From: Girardia tigrina
Taxonomy: Eukaryota
Reading direction: 5' to 3'
DNA: 64,000 bases
NCBI GenBank assembly: GCA_001938485.1
Contig: MQRK01219232.1
Coordinates: 1-64,000, forward strand
Positions 37,601 through 52,600 of the stretch are shown piece by piece (position 1 is the stretch's first letter; the number at the start of each line of letters is the position of its first letter). Made by a program: the position numbers and the translations under genes. The notes under the pieces were generated by a model, which did not search any database, was not told the origin of the DNA, and worked only from the letters and a program-made list of their open reading frames with translations.

Positions 37601-40600
37601 TAAGAATTACGTATTATAACTTTAAGAAAATGAAGATATTTATTTTCTATAGTAATTGTAAATAATATTGTTGAACTTTACAAAGGAAGTTGTTCATTTC
37701 GCATATTTTTAAAAATCTTTTTTATTGGGTTGGTCAAAAAGTCATTGCGTTTTTGAGTGCGTCCTAATAAAAAACTTGAAAATATAAAACGATGTGATAA
37801 AATTTAAATTCAATTATATATTCTGAAACCTTAATTTTTAGACTATGTTTAAACAAAATATTAATTGATTTTGTTTTAATTTATTACTTTACCGTCAATT
37901 CGAAATGGAAAATAAAAATGAGCATATTCGTCATGTTTTGTTGCATTATTTTCGCAAAGGGAAAACCGCTGTGCAAGCTCATAAGAAGATATGTTTTGTA
38001 TATGGTAGTGACTCCTTAAAACTTCGACAGTGTCAATACTGGTTTTCTAAATTTCGTTCTGAAAAATTTCATCTGAAAGATGCACCACGCTCCGGTCGAC
38101 CAGTTGAAGTTGATGGCGACTAAATAATAGCACTGATCAAATCTAATCCACATATGACGACAAGAGAAGTTGCAGAGACTATGGAAATATCAAAATCAAA
38201 TGTTGGAAGTCATTTAAAGAAACTTTGATTCGTCAGTAAACTCGATATGTGGTTATCACATGAACTGAAAGAAATTCATTTTTGGTGAAACGTATAGACA
38301 TTTGCGATTCCCTTTTGAAGCGCTTGATTACGGGTGACGAATGTGGAAAGTCGACGATCATGGAAAAATCGTGGTGAGCCTGCCAAAACGATCCCAAAAA
38401 CAGAAACTCACCAAAATAAGGTTATGCTTTCCGTCTGGTGGGATTTTAAAGGAATTGTGTTTTTTGAACTCCTTCCGAAGAATGAAACCATCAATTCAGA
38501 TAGATATTGTGGTCAGCTGGAGAAATTGGCTCATTCAATTCAACAGGAACGTCCTAAATTGGCAAATCGAAAAGGAGTTGTAATACAGCATGATAACGCA
38601 AGACCGCATACAAGTTTGACCACTCGTCAGAAACTCTTATCACTCTTACTTGAAGCAAACATAATGAATACAATACTTTATAGAAAGTTTAATTTTCAGT
38701 TCAATTTTTATATTTAAGGTGAGTGAAATGGTCGTGCCTCAAAACAACACTAATTCTAAATTGTATCATTTTTTGGTATTTAATATTTTGTAATGTAACT
38801 TTTTAACAAATAATTCATGTCGTAATTCAATACAGACTATAATAGTTATATAATTTTGAAAAAATAAATTCAATGAATATGTTATTATCACTTTATTGGA
38901 TTAAAAATAATTAAAAATATATCATGAAATATGAAAGTGTATAAAGTGTTTTGAGAATTATCGTAATGATTATATGCATAAGTAAATTTACATGTATAAG
39001 TATTAACGTTCATTCACTAAATATAACTAAAAATACTGAAATGCAACTAAACCTCTATCAAATATATTGTTTCACAAGGAAGAAATTTTCGGCATTTACC
39101 GTTATATTTATAAGCTTTCTTTGTGCATCTAACGATGTACAGTAGATTCTTTTTATGCGGTAGATAAGTTCCACAAGAACCGCATAAAAAGGGTGCTAAT
39201 TATATAGTAAAACCATATATACGTTCTAAAATTTCTAAGGACCGCATAAATATGATATATTGCAATAAAATCACATAAAATGGGTACTAATTTAAATTGA
39301 AAAAAAAAAATAATTTCTGCAGTTTATATTTCTTCTGGTACGCTTTTACCTTTACTGCATTCCGACCAAATCGTTTTCCAGCAAGCATTTAAAGTTTGTC
39401 ATTTTATAGCTCTAACAGCCAAATCAAGATGATTTATGCAATTCAAAATGTACATTTTTTTCCAGACATCCATAACTGTCATCTTTTCATTGTCTATCTT
39501 GTCCAAAATATGCTGAAATGTCCACTTTACTAAATGTTTTTTAAAATTTCAGATGATGCCAATGGTTGATCCAATGGTTGAAAATGCTGGTTGTATTTGG
39601 TGGAAGAAAGACTATCGTTACATTGGGATGTTCATTATGCTGATAATCTGGCGCATTATCGATAAGCAAAATCATTTGAACTCGAGACTTTTATCTTGCA
39701 AATATTTCTTAACTTCTGGAATAAAATATCGATTGAACCACTCTGTGTAAATTGCGGTAGTTACCCACGCTTTCTTGCTGACCATCCAATGATCTGAAAG
39801 CTTTTTAATACGTAATATTTTTTTTAAAAATCGCTCTATTCCATAACCGCATAAAAACAGAATCTACTGTTTACAAACAAAGTTACCTTTTTTTATGATA
39901 AACGAATTCCTACTTATGTAAGTCATGAATTCAAGAAAAAAATCAGTATTACATCCTTAAAGGATGTACATATTTCCCCTCTGGGCATATTGATCACGGC
40001 GAGAACTGTGTAAAAATAGTTGATTTGAATATTTTGATAATATAAGGTTAACTTTATATAAACAAATGTCCAAATATGTTCAAATACTATCAACTATTTG
40101 AACTCGTTTTCCACCATTATGGCCCAGCTCCAGTGGGGAAATATATAACTGATAGGAAGAGACTGGGATCATTTTGGTACCGGTCCTAACGGGAATTGTC
40201 AAGGTTCTGGGTATCAAATCAAATGATCGGTTGATAGCATCATGTGACACTATGAACCTTCGCCCCGCCTATTATTGTCAAAATAGTGAAAATAAAGGTT
40301 CATTAGTTCCCAAAGTGTCCTTTAATCTCATCTGATATCTTTCCCGATATTTAATGATATAATCAGTATTAGTCACAATTTTTATTAAATAGTTTTTTGT
40401 TTATATATTTGATAAATAAATTTAGCTAATGTTTATATTTGACAATTTTTGTATTTTTTTCAAAAAATTAAATTAATGTCGAATGATTAATAAATATATT
40501 TGAGAAGAGTAATTATTAGATTAAGATTATTGGATTTTGATAAATGGATTTCGAATTTTTTTGTGCTAATCAATGAAATATTGTAGATGAAACACCGAGA

Positions 40601-43600
40601 ATCGAATTCGAGTACCTCGGAAGATCTGATCGAACAGGAAGTCAAACTGAACGCTGGTATCAATCCACTCAGTAATGATGTTATAAGTGATGTTAGTTAA
40701 ATTGTTTTGGGAAATATACCAATAATATTTATGTGGTTTGTTACTTAGGAGTTCCCTGATCTCGAAAACACAAGTCCTCAAACCGATATTGGTAATTATT
40801 TTTTTTGTAAATTCGTCGTGATATATAATTTTAATTTTGTATTTATTGAAATATTTTTCAATGTTTATTGATTCTAAACTTATTTGGATTTATTCTGAGA
40901 CAAGTTTATCAAAATCGTTTTGTTTTCATAATGAAATGTATGATAATAATAACCGAATGCTTGTGAGAAATATTAAAGTTTTCAATGACTATCATTAAAA
41001 TATATCTATTATGACATACGTTCGTACGTCTGTCTGTCTATTAATCTGTCTGAATTAATCATATTCTCGACAGCATCATTTGATATATCGATGCGATACA
41101 TTTGTTATGAGAATAAACATCACTGATCGGATAATTGATCGGGTTCCGCCATACAATTTTGTTCTCTGATTTTTTTGTCCTGCTGATTTAAAAAATGTAA
41201 ACTTAATTTTTTTTGTAAATTAGTAAAATCTGTTTATTTTTTTCGAACATTTGATTCAATATTGTTCAAATTAATAATTAGTATTAACAATTAATTAAAT
41301 AACAAAAATTGTCCGACAGTTTAACCGTCATTAATTAATTAATTATTAAAATATTCATTAACATTTTTAGTTTCTTTTTCATTATATTAAAAAACCAGGA
41401 TTTAATCCAAAGGACTGGTTTGTTAAAGGACTTAGTTCACAGAGTTTGGAATTTGTCTTACAATTTAAAATGGTTTAAATGTTCTTAGAGGACGATTGAG
41501 CGCAAGCAAACAGATATAGATTAAGGTTACATTTGACAACTGATGTAGCACAAACAAATTATCAAAATGCTCTATTCTGAAGGATTTAAAGCATTTAAGA
41601 AGAGTATTTACAAGAATACAAGTAGTGTCAAAGTGGTTTTAATGACATTAAAAGTTCAAAGCTTCCTCTCTAATAAATTGAAAACGATTTGTGGATGTCA
41701 AGCTAATCTGATTTATTATTTTAATTTTCACTGGTGTAAAAACTCGCACAATGAAGATACAAATCGTAATTTCAAAACCCAGATTAGTGAGCATTCACAA
41801 TCAAGTCGATCGAGTAAGGTTCTTGATCATTGGTTACATTGTAAGATTAGAATCTCTTCTGTTTCAAAGGATGAGTTTTCTGTTTTACAGAAGCGCTTTG
41901 ATTCACACTATGAGCGCCAATTTTGTGACATTTAATTTTCAAAATTGGCAGGGTTGCTCAGTCTCAACTCTTAAAATTTTTTTTGCGATTAATATCCAGT
42001 AAAATCTTTATTTAAAATTTCAAAATTAATTAAATTATTTTAAAATTTAATATTTACTGATAAAATCTACAATTATTTTACACATTACATAATTGCAGAT
42101 GATTGAAAATGAAGTTCCTAAACATGTACAATAATCAATTTCTTTAACAAGCTTTAACAAAATTATTGTTGATATATATATATATATATATATATATAAT
42201 GTTAACAATTGTTAATTTAAGATTAAATTAATTATCAAAAAGTGAAGTAACATAAAACCAAGATACAAATTAAAAATAAATTTCATTCACAGTTGTCTCG
42301 TATCATAGGACAGGAAGCCTAGTATGAATAATTGTCCTCATATATTACTTGTCCATCCGTGTTTAATTTATTCATGGAACAAGTATGATTTAATCATGAT
42401 ATTAAGGCCTGTTTTCATATCGTTATTTATTAGCTTTGCTTTCTTTGAGAGCAAAAAAAAATCTAAAATGAACAATATATAAATTTTTTTTCATCTATTT
42501 TTGAAAAAAAATTGTGAAGATTTGTTTTAAAATGTTATCATAGACCTAATAAAATTTTATAGCTATTTTTATGACATAGTTAATAAAAATCACATATTTT
42601 GCTTGGTTATCGCATTTTATTTACTTAAATATCATAATAATCAAATAACCGTAACATCATTTCAATATGAAATGTAATAATATTCTTAGAATAATTAGGA
42701 ATAACGTAAATCTTTTTTATTTTGTTCTCTTTTCATCGGTACGTTTTTTAAATAAGTTTGTACCACCTTGAACTCCTTAGTTTATTCATATTATTCATCT
42801 CTAAGTTTATTTGTAATATTAAGAATTCGAATTTTGTATAGATTTGGTTCACTGCGGAGATGCCTTGAATTTTCTGTTAAGGTACTATTTTTAACTATGT
42901 TTTCCCATCGCATGTTACTTATCTATATTCTTGTTTGATTTTCATGGTTAAATGGTCTTTCAAAAATTAGACTGATCCATTTCCATTATCGTAAACATAT
43001 AATAATCAAAATTTTAAATCGATTGAATTGAATTGTTTTGGGAGATACCAATATACATGTAATGACCGCAATGATCTAGACATCGGAGAGACATTCCGCC
43101 ATCTCAGTCAGAGAATCGAAGAACCTGGGTATTGATGAACACAAATATTTTCACAAATATAATACTCCTCTCGGTTTGTATTCCAATCTTGTTTATAAAT
43201 ATACATGTAATGGGTGTAAAACCACATACATTGGAGAGACATCTCGTCATCTCTGCAAACGGATCAAAGAGCATAGTCGGTTGGATAATGGGAGCAATAT
43301 TGCCGAACATAATTTAAAATGTAAAAAGAAAATCGGAGAAAATGATTTTAAAATTCTGTGTAATCGATTTAAAAATTACTGGAAGAGAGTAACGTGTGAC
43401 GCCTTATTAATAAGATCCATGGATCCAAAAATTAATATTCAAGCTTCACACTCAACTTCAAATAGAGCCTTTATTACATGATTGATTACATAATCATCTT
43501 TCTCATATATAAGCTGCAAAAAGCCAGTGTTAATTTAGGTAACCAGACAATTCGACACAAGACAATTCGACACACGACAATTCGACACAGACAATTCGAC

Positions 43601-46600
43601 ACAAGACAATTCGACACAAATTTTTTAATTCGACACATTTTTAATTCATTTCGACACAATTTTTTTTAATTCGACACATTATTTTAATGGGACAAATATT
43701 TATTTCGACATTTTTAAATTTCGATTAGTTTTTTTTTAATTCAACACTTTTATTTAATTCGACCAATAACTAAAATGAAATATTTTCATTATTACTATAC
43801 ATATTTTGAAACTCGACATTTTCAATAACTATATTTTTGGTTAGACTAATGAGTTTTTCTGTTTTTTAATATGAAAAAAATCAATTTTTATGAAAAAATA
43901 TGTATTTACTATGAAAAATATGTATTTAATATAAAAATATGTATTTAATATAAAAATATTATTTTAATATGAAAAAAATCAAATTTTATTAAAAAATATG
44001 TATTTAACATAAAAAATATGTATTTAATATAAAAATATCAATTTAATATGAAAAAAATCAATAAGACCCAAATTTTTTAATTCCACACATTTATTAATTC
44101 AACACAGCAAAAGTTAATTTTTAACATTTTATTCATTGCAAATTAACTAGCCAACGCAAGTATTTCCGTTTTTCATCATTCTATGCATTCAAATTGTATT
44201 CTTGCACAGCCATTGCAATAGCCTCACTCAATTATACATATTTTTTCTTTACAACCACAGGGCGACCTGACAGAGCATTTGCCAAAGTCAGTCTGTGACA
44301 AGCTATATCTCTTCCAAGTCCATCAAGCAAGGTCCAAACACTGGGGTGGCTGCATTGAAATATAGCATTAATAGCATTGTGGAAACCTTCACAACAATTT
44401 GTAGTTTTTCGTGTCTGCTCACCAGCAGAATCGAAATGGTTCCAGCATTTTATTGGAAACCGAGGAGCTCTACCAAGAGCACCCTCAATATAAGTTGATA
44501 AGAAATATGTGAGAATTGATTTTTTTCATATTAAAATGATATTTTTATATTAAATACATATTTTTTCATGTTAAATACATATTTTTTAATAAAATTTGAT
44601 TTTTTTCATCTTAAAATAATATTTTTATATTAAATACATATTTTTATATTAAATACATATTTTTCATAGTAAATACATATTTTTTCATAAAAATTGATTT
44701 TTTTCATATTAAAAAACAGAAAAACTCATTAGTCTAACCAAAAATATAGTTATTGAAAATGTCGAGTTTCAAAATATGTATNNNNNNNNNNNNNNNNNNN
44801 NNNNNNNNNNNNNNNNNNNNNNNNNNNNNNNNNNNNNNNNNAAAAAAAACTAATCGAAATTTAAAAATGTCGAAATAAATATTTGTCCCATTAAAATAAT
44901 GTGTCGAATTAAAAAATTTGTGTCGAAATGAATTAAAAATATGTCGAATTAAAAAATTTGTGTCGAATTGTACGTGTGTCGAATTGTCATGGAACCGTTA
45001 ATTTAGTCTGAAGATGGCGGGTAATCCGCCGAAATTAATTACAAAAATAAATTGTGAAAAATGGCGTTCACTTTTTAATAATGAATATCAATTGTCATTA
45101 TTTTTTACATTCCTTAGTAAATATATATAAATATAAAGTTCGAAATTGTGTTTATTAAAAACCTATTTCGAGGGAGTTTGTCTGTAAAGCATTTAATATC
45201 ATGTCCTGAGTAATTAGTATACGTTTTCCAAACTACTTCTTTATTTACAAAATTAAATATTTTAGGAACTTTTATACAAATGATTCGGAAATGACAGAAA
45301 ATATTAATGTACAAGCGGCTCTCTCAACAACCTTATTGAATGACATAATTATTCATTGATTATACAATTACTGCTTGCATATAATCAGATTTGAAATTCG
45401 TGTTTATTCTCGATGTCCTGACGAAATTAATTGTCAGAAAAAATAAAAATTTGTTTTCTAAAGGTCGACTTTCTACATTTAAATTTAACATTACTAATTC
45501 TGAATTAAAATGTTTATGAAATATACGAATAAATGAATTTTGTGAAGTTAGAGTTGATAATTTTTTTATTCTCAACATCCATGACTAAAGTTTAGTTTTT
45601 TTGAAGGTCATAGGGGTTCAATTGTCGTCCTGCAAATTAGTGACTTTACTTGACTTCTTTTACACTTGTTTATATAAACATTGAATGTATTTATATTAAG
45701 TATATTTTAACGTTTACTACTTAAGATTTTCATAGTCGTTCTTTATAGACATTTTTATTTATTGAAAAATATTAGTTTATATTCGGGTAATATTGCAGAT
45801 AAGATATCACCCCTTTCAATCAAAACTTCCGAATTCAAATTCGAATCACAAAGGTCCTGTCATTCAACAATTTCAGGTGCATATCACACAGGTATTTTAT
45901 TTGCATTATTTTGATTTTATTCTTAATAATGACATTTTATATCTTCTAAAATAATATAATGATGGATATCTTCTTTGCCGGGAGGGTTTTTCAATAATAA
46001 TATTTTTAAACTCATTTTCATTTTCGTAACTTTCTAATTTTTAGGACATTGAGCAAACTAATTTATTAATATTAGCAAAAGACAAACTGATTGAATTTAT
46101 TTTATAGTGCGACTTTTGTATACATTACATTAGTTTTGTTGTAAAGTAAATTTACGAACGTACAAAAGTAAATGAAAAACATGAATACGATTTCGAATAA
46201 GTTTTTCAACTGTCCAGTTTGGTATAAAGTTCAAATGAGAGTCGACAATTTGTCAAACGCGTCACACTTCGTCATCCCTGTACCGCCTTACGGAACTAAA
46301 GTGTCTGATGTATTTCATGTATGTTTTATAGTATTTCCGAAATGCATATTTATACAATTTCCAGTTCTTTGAATCTACGTGAGTGTATTTTAATTAAGGT
46401 ATAAGTTGGTATCTATTATACTACCCAAATTCAAATGTATTCGGACACGTAAAATAATTCTTATTAAAAATTTTAAATTATAAATAATATGTACTTAATT
46501 GTATTATAGATGAATTAATTTGATATTTTACGATATTTGAATTTGAGAACAAATTTTTAAATGCGAATAAAATTTTTATTAGTTAACTTTTTTATTTGAT

Positions 46601-49600
46601 TTCTTCAAGTTATTTTAGTATTGTATTTAGATTATCGTAAAATATCAAATTAATTCATCTATAATACAATTAAGTACATATTATTTATAATTTAAAATTT
46701 TTAATAAGAATTATTTTACGTGTCAGAATACATATGAATTTGGGTAGTATTAGGTCAAAAGTAATGTTGTTTTTTTATTGAAGATTAATTTTATTTTTTT
46801 GGCAAAATACAAGTATTTACAATAAAGTCTTCTTTTATATCTACTATACCTAATTTCTGATAATATTTCGATGCATCTTCGAATTGCTGTTTCTGAGATA
46901 TTTTTCTTCGAAAAATAGGATTTGTATCATCTGAATAAAATATTCTATTTCTCACTTATGAAAAGAGGAAAATCAATTATTTTCATACTTAAGCAAAGCT
47001 TGTAATTAGGTATAGTTTTATACGAAAAGGTTGCATGATTTAGTTGGAAAATTTAATATGTCCATTTATACGTTGTTCCCTTTTTAGCAAGATCAAAAAG
47101 AAAACTCCCTTTTACTATAAGTGAAAGTAATTACATACTTAAAATCGTTTAGATCTTGAAGTATTTTCTTACGCAACACAATAAACTCTCTGATTGATAT
47201 TTCCTCCGGAAACAAATTAGTACTGAAATTGTGTGTTTTCTTCAGTAATAATTTACATAAATTATTAATCAATATGTGTTCCTCAACATCTTATTATGTA
47301 TTTTCAAGAATTTCAAACAGAATATTTGAAATAATAAAATAGTAACAATACAATAATAACGTACTAAGCGAACTTATCTTCAGGATTTCATGGGGGATAA
47401 TAATAAATGCGTAAAATAATACGTACATTCATTTGTCTGGAGGTTTGGTTGAATATTGGACAGTGTAGTTTTGACCAAAAGTTAATTTTCAAACTTTCAG
47501 TAATATATAATACAAAAAATCAAATAAATCATAGATAATTTATTTCCAAATAAAAGTAGGATTTAGTAATAACTACTAATAGAGATTGGTAGTGCGACTT
47601 ACTAGAATGATTACGAGTTGAGTAGATGTATGTAGTAGATGTTCATGTGTTTTGATCAAATTGATTTGATAGAATTATACACTTATCCTGCTCATTTAAT
47701 TAACTTGATCGTACATGTATGAATGCCCATGCTTTAAACTCAATTTGTTGGTATTGCTTCAATGAGTAATATTTTGGACTCTTTTAATGTGGGTAGTAGA
47801 AAAACTGCTCACAACCCCACATTCGATATTGCAGAAACAAATCCAAATCACCCGCTATCTCTTTCTTATAACAACATATTATTTTATCTGTAATTTTTTT
47901 TTCAGTGTTCGTGGTTATTCATGACATTTAAAAAGTACTTGAGAACATTCATCTAATTAAATAGGTGAATTTTAATTAATCTCGCAGTACATTTGAAATA
48001 TTTATCACCGAGAATAACTTTCAGAAATCTGACCAAACTTTCTCTTGCAGTTACATCAGCGTGATTAGAAGATTTTAATCGACACGTACCTGAACACTTT
48101 ATTCTTAATTGGGTACTTTTGGATTTTTATATGTTTTTACTATTTTCTTGCATTTTTCATAATTCAGCTTGGCATGCTTCCACATACCTTTTCGTTTCTT
48201 TGTCGATACTGCCGGAAAACACCGAAGAGAGCGCCGTGTTATTACTTACAACAAGGATTTTGCTAGTTATCTTCAATCGCCTCTTCTAGATATTTCATAA
48301 TAATTCATCGCTCTTAAATGACGAATTTCATTTGACTGTCTTTATATATAACTTTGCTTCCAATATCTAACAAGGGAGAACTCATGTAAGAGATAGTGGC
48401 ATATTGTTACTGACTTCTACGGCATTTAAATCAAGAATACTCTGCATTTGTCATTTTTATGTATTTTTTGTCTAACATAAACTGAAAGCAAAAGCGAAAA
48501 TGAAATATAAGTTTTATTTGAAATACAATTTACGAAAATGAAATAGAATTTTTATCTTTCGAAAATTCAATGAAAGTTATTCAAAATACCTATTATATAC
48601 ATATTATCTATTAATGTACATCAAACATTTTGTCAGACGTAATTGTTTATTTTATTCATGCAATAGAATTATTTGTTTATTAAATAATATTTATAATTAT
48701 TGTATTCTGATTTTATTAAATTAATTGTTCTATCAGTGTATCAATCTTCAAATTTGATAATTTTAATTTCGATACGTTCATTTTTGGGTTGTTTATTTAA
48801 TTGCAAAATTGCTTCAGATTCTAGCAAAGTTAAACTAACTCTTGCTTTATATGGGTATTCGAATTACGGACTCAGTTCGTCACGCTTGACTAGTAAATCG
48901 TGTATGGAATTTCGATCACACAGTAATACTGATAAAGTAAAACTATCTATGGAAAATATTCCTATGGATAAAGCGACGGAAGCAAATGAAGCTGTTGACA
49001 CAATAGAAAAGATCGAATCCAATCAAGAAATAAAAGTTGAAAATGAAAACATCAGATCAAATATTAACGGTGATAAAGAACTTGAAGTAAAGGATACTGA
49101 AGTAAAGGAAAATGAAATAAATGAGGTTCAAATTCGACCAAGTGAATTGAATGAAAATAATGAACAGTCAAATGTCGTTGTAAGATTTGATTTATCATAT
49201 TATTTAATTTAGCCTTTTTTACCATGCTTAAAATTTTAATAAAAATTATAAAAATTATACTAACAGTGGTAAAATTTTGTGGACATGGTTTCTATCATGT
49301 TTATATAATGTTAAAAATTATACTTCATTAATATATTTAACTCAAATCATAAACAAGTCGTAATAACTATTATAATTATAACAAATTAATTATTAATCCT
49401 TAATATTAAATACAACTTATATTTTTGTTTCTCTAATCTTTGAATTTTCCATTTCTACTGCAAGTTCATCTAAGACATCATCGCGTCCATGTTCAACTTC
49501 CGCCACTCTTAAATACCATCTTCGTATACAATTTCTAATTCATCAATAATATCCTTTCCACTCATTTTCAGCACCAAGTACCTGATAACACTTCTGAGTT

Positions 49601-52600
49601 CGGCGTCTCGAGACATTTTTCGAATTCTACGAACACTGAAATTTCATAAGTTTAACAATTATCGATTATTACTATCGGACATTTAATGACACAATATTCC
49701 ATGTGAGATTTCTTTATCGTACTACACATATATGTAAATATTATTATAATAAAACTATCTGTGAATTGAACAAAATTATATTTTCTATTGTGGAAACACA
49801 TTAAATATGTGCATATTAAACTATCAAAATCGTTATTATTTAATAACTTATGTAAATGATCAATGACAGACAAGAATTTGTTTATTTTGTGGATTTCGAT
49901 CGCTTTATCTTTAGTGGTCAATGAAACCCTTGTCTGGTGAAAACTCGCGTAACTCAAGTAGGAGATTGGATCTGTCATTCCATAAGAAATTTAGATACCA
50001 ACTTTGATTAACGATTTAGGATTATGAAGGACATTAAGACAAGTCTCATTTGAATTTTTATTACTATCACATTTAGAGTCATTACAACTCTCAGAAGATC
50101 TTTCACCGTTTTTTGTCCTCTTTGTGAATATAAGTGCGTGCTGGTATCCGTTTCCAAAATAATCCAGTTTCATCAACATTGAAAATCTGTTCTATTAGAT
50201 ATCCCTCATCTGTAATTAATTTATCCAGACTATCAACAAACGTACGTGCTCCTTCCTCATCTGCACTCGCTGCTTCTCCAGTCACTCGAACATTATGCAT
50301 TTGAAATCTTTTCTTGAATCTCTGGAACCAGCCAGTACTTGCTAAAAATTCTTGACTGCAATCTTCTCCAGCACGCTCCTTCAGAGTCTGAAATAGACTT
50401 CTCGCCTTCATCTGCACAGTAAAAAGACTTAATGGTGTCTGTTTTTAAATTTGTTCTTCCATCCAAATATATAACAATTTCTCTATTTCGTGGATGTGCC
50501 CGCTTCTTTGCTTTGTTATAACTGTTGATCGCATTGGTGCAGAACCTTTCACAGCTTCACAAATTCTTTCTTTATCTTCCAAAAACGTCGACACAGTCGA
50601 GTGTGATAACTTCATATCACGTGCGATCACATTCACTTTCTTTCCTCCTTCGTACTGCTTAATTACACTCATTTTCGTATCGAGATCGATGACCTTTCTT
50701 TCCTTCTTGGCAGGCTGAGGCGTAGACAAAGACAACTTCCTCTTGGTAGACATCTTGGGAGGGATTTGATGAAAAATATCTAAGACAGATATTTATTAAA
50801 CCAATTTAAATACGTCTTGTACTATTAGTTTCTCACACTCACAATTAAATTAAAAAGAGGAAAAAATGAATATGAATATTAAGTAATTAATATTTAATTT
50901 ATAATGATTATAATAAATAAATTCATTTTTTTGCTTATAAACAACTCATGAGGTGCCTGGAGTGTCTGCAGACCAGATCCAGTTGAAATGGTACACGCAT
51001 ATATGGTAGTGCTACCGGAACCTGGTATGCACTGTCGTACGCCGCGGCTAGCGATTGTGGTTGTAAGTTGCATAGGTCGTAAGTCGACGACTACCTGTAT
51101 TTAATTTCCAAAAATATTAATTAAAAAAATAATTTTAACCATTTCTTAATAAAACACAAAATAATAAAAATGTTATCAAATTATTACAAGTGAATTTAAT
51201 TTAAATCTTTTAAATCTAATCACTTTTCTTTTCTTAAAAAATAATAAACTTAATTTCCATCTGGGTGGGAGAATCACCATTCTAAGTTGAACATACTCAA
51301 ACCAACATACATCATCCATACTTTTACACATTCGAACAATTAAAAATATTCCTCACAAGGATATTGATGATTACTTGATCAGACAAAAGATACTGTTTGT
51401 ATTTGAATGAAAACCATTTCTTAGGGTTGGTTAACCATGAACAATGAGCCTATCGAATGTAGAAAGAACTCATTAGTGCTAGTAATTTACTGTAAACGTA
51501 TTCCGTTAAAATAATTTATATTTTAATCAGTTTTCGGACTCTGAACCATTTGTTATTTTATCTAAAATGATTTTCATCGTCGTATATTTTTCTAAATTTA
51601 AATGATTGTTATTATTTAACATAAGAATTACGATTTCATGTTGGAGTTAGGAAAATGATGAAACCATAATTAAAAACTGGAAAAAACGTATAACTTAGAA
51701 TGGGATGTAAAAAAAATTTTAAATTGATTAATTGAACTACATAAAATTGTAAAATACTTTTCAATCAAGGATAAGTTACATGTTTTTAACATTAACAAAT
51801 AGTCAACAATATTAATTCCTAATTTATTTCTTGGTAATATGAAGTTAACTCTTCCACAAAATAATACTCCTGTACTCCTCAACCATTTTTTCTACAAAAG
51901 GTTCGATTATTTAATTGTTACTCAAAATTGAAAATAAGAATGAAATTTACAAAAAGACAAATAATAATTCTCATCGAAAGAAACAGGAAAAATAAAGTTT
52001 ACGAAAAAGCAATTTATGGAACAGTAATTTCCATGGCTCTTCATGACAACCTTATTTATCGAGATTAATTTAGTTTTAATCAACATACCTAGAAGACTTT
52101 GTAGATATTCTCCTATAACTATAGATATTTATATAACTGATTATGCCTATATGAATTTAAAATAAAAGCCTAACAAGCTCATGTAATAAAAAAATCTTCA
52201 TTTACTTTGTGTTAGTCAAATTTATTATATATTTTCAAAATAACCTTAATTTCACCATTTTAGTGTTGCTCGGCAGTTGTTAGTCATGTTCTTAGATTTC
52301 TGGTTTCAATATCACCAGAGTTAAATTCACTTGTTTTTTTCACTTGCTTTCCTCGCTCCTTTGTAGATGCTCCCATGCGACTTTTAAACGCCAATGTTAA
52401 TTAGTGCCAAAAGCTTTTACACCAACATCAGACAGATGAGCAAGGCATTTTATTTTGAGTAGTTATATCATTCATAGCCGTTCGTAATCTCATAATTGTA
52501 ATCATGTCAATATTCAGAAAAAAATTCTGAATCATTTTAATTTACATCCGCAAATTACATTTCTTTATTTTTATATAAATACAATAATTACCAATTTGAA

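Larger units (their letters stand above)
43046..45060 (+). mobile_element. Penelope-like retroelement 3' end: GIY-YIG endonuclease (43176-43481) plus pLTR, split by a Mutator insertion
   Basis: NLVYKYTCNGCKTTYIGETSRHLCKRIKEH...PKINIQ; a second fragment YQYTCND..IGETFRHLSQRIEE at 43046-43125; a hammerhead at 45006. Confidence 0.9.

Noticed and set aside
43538-43700. CRISPR-like short repeat array (AATTCGACAC)
   Set aside because: No unique spacers; these are Mutator subterminal repeats mirrored at the other end, in eukaryotic DNA.
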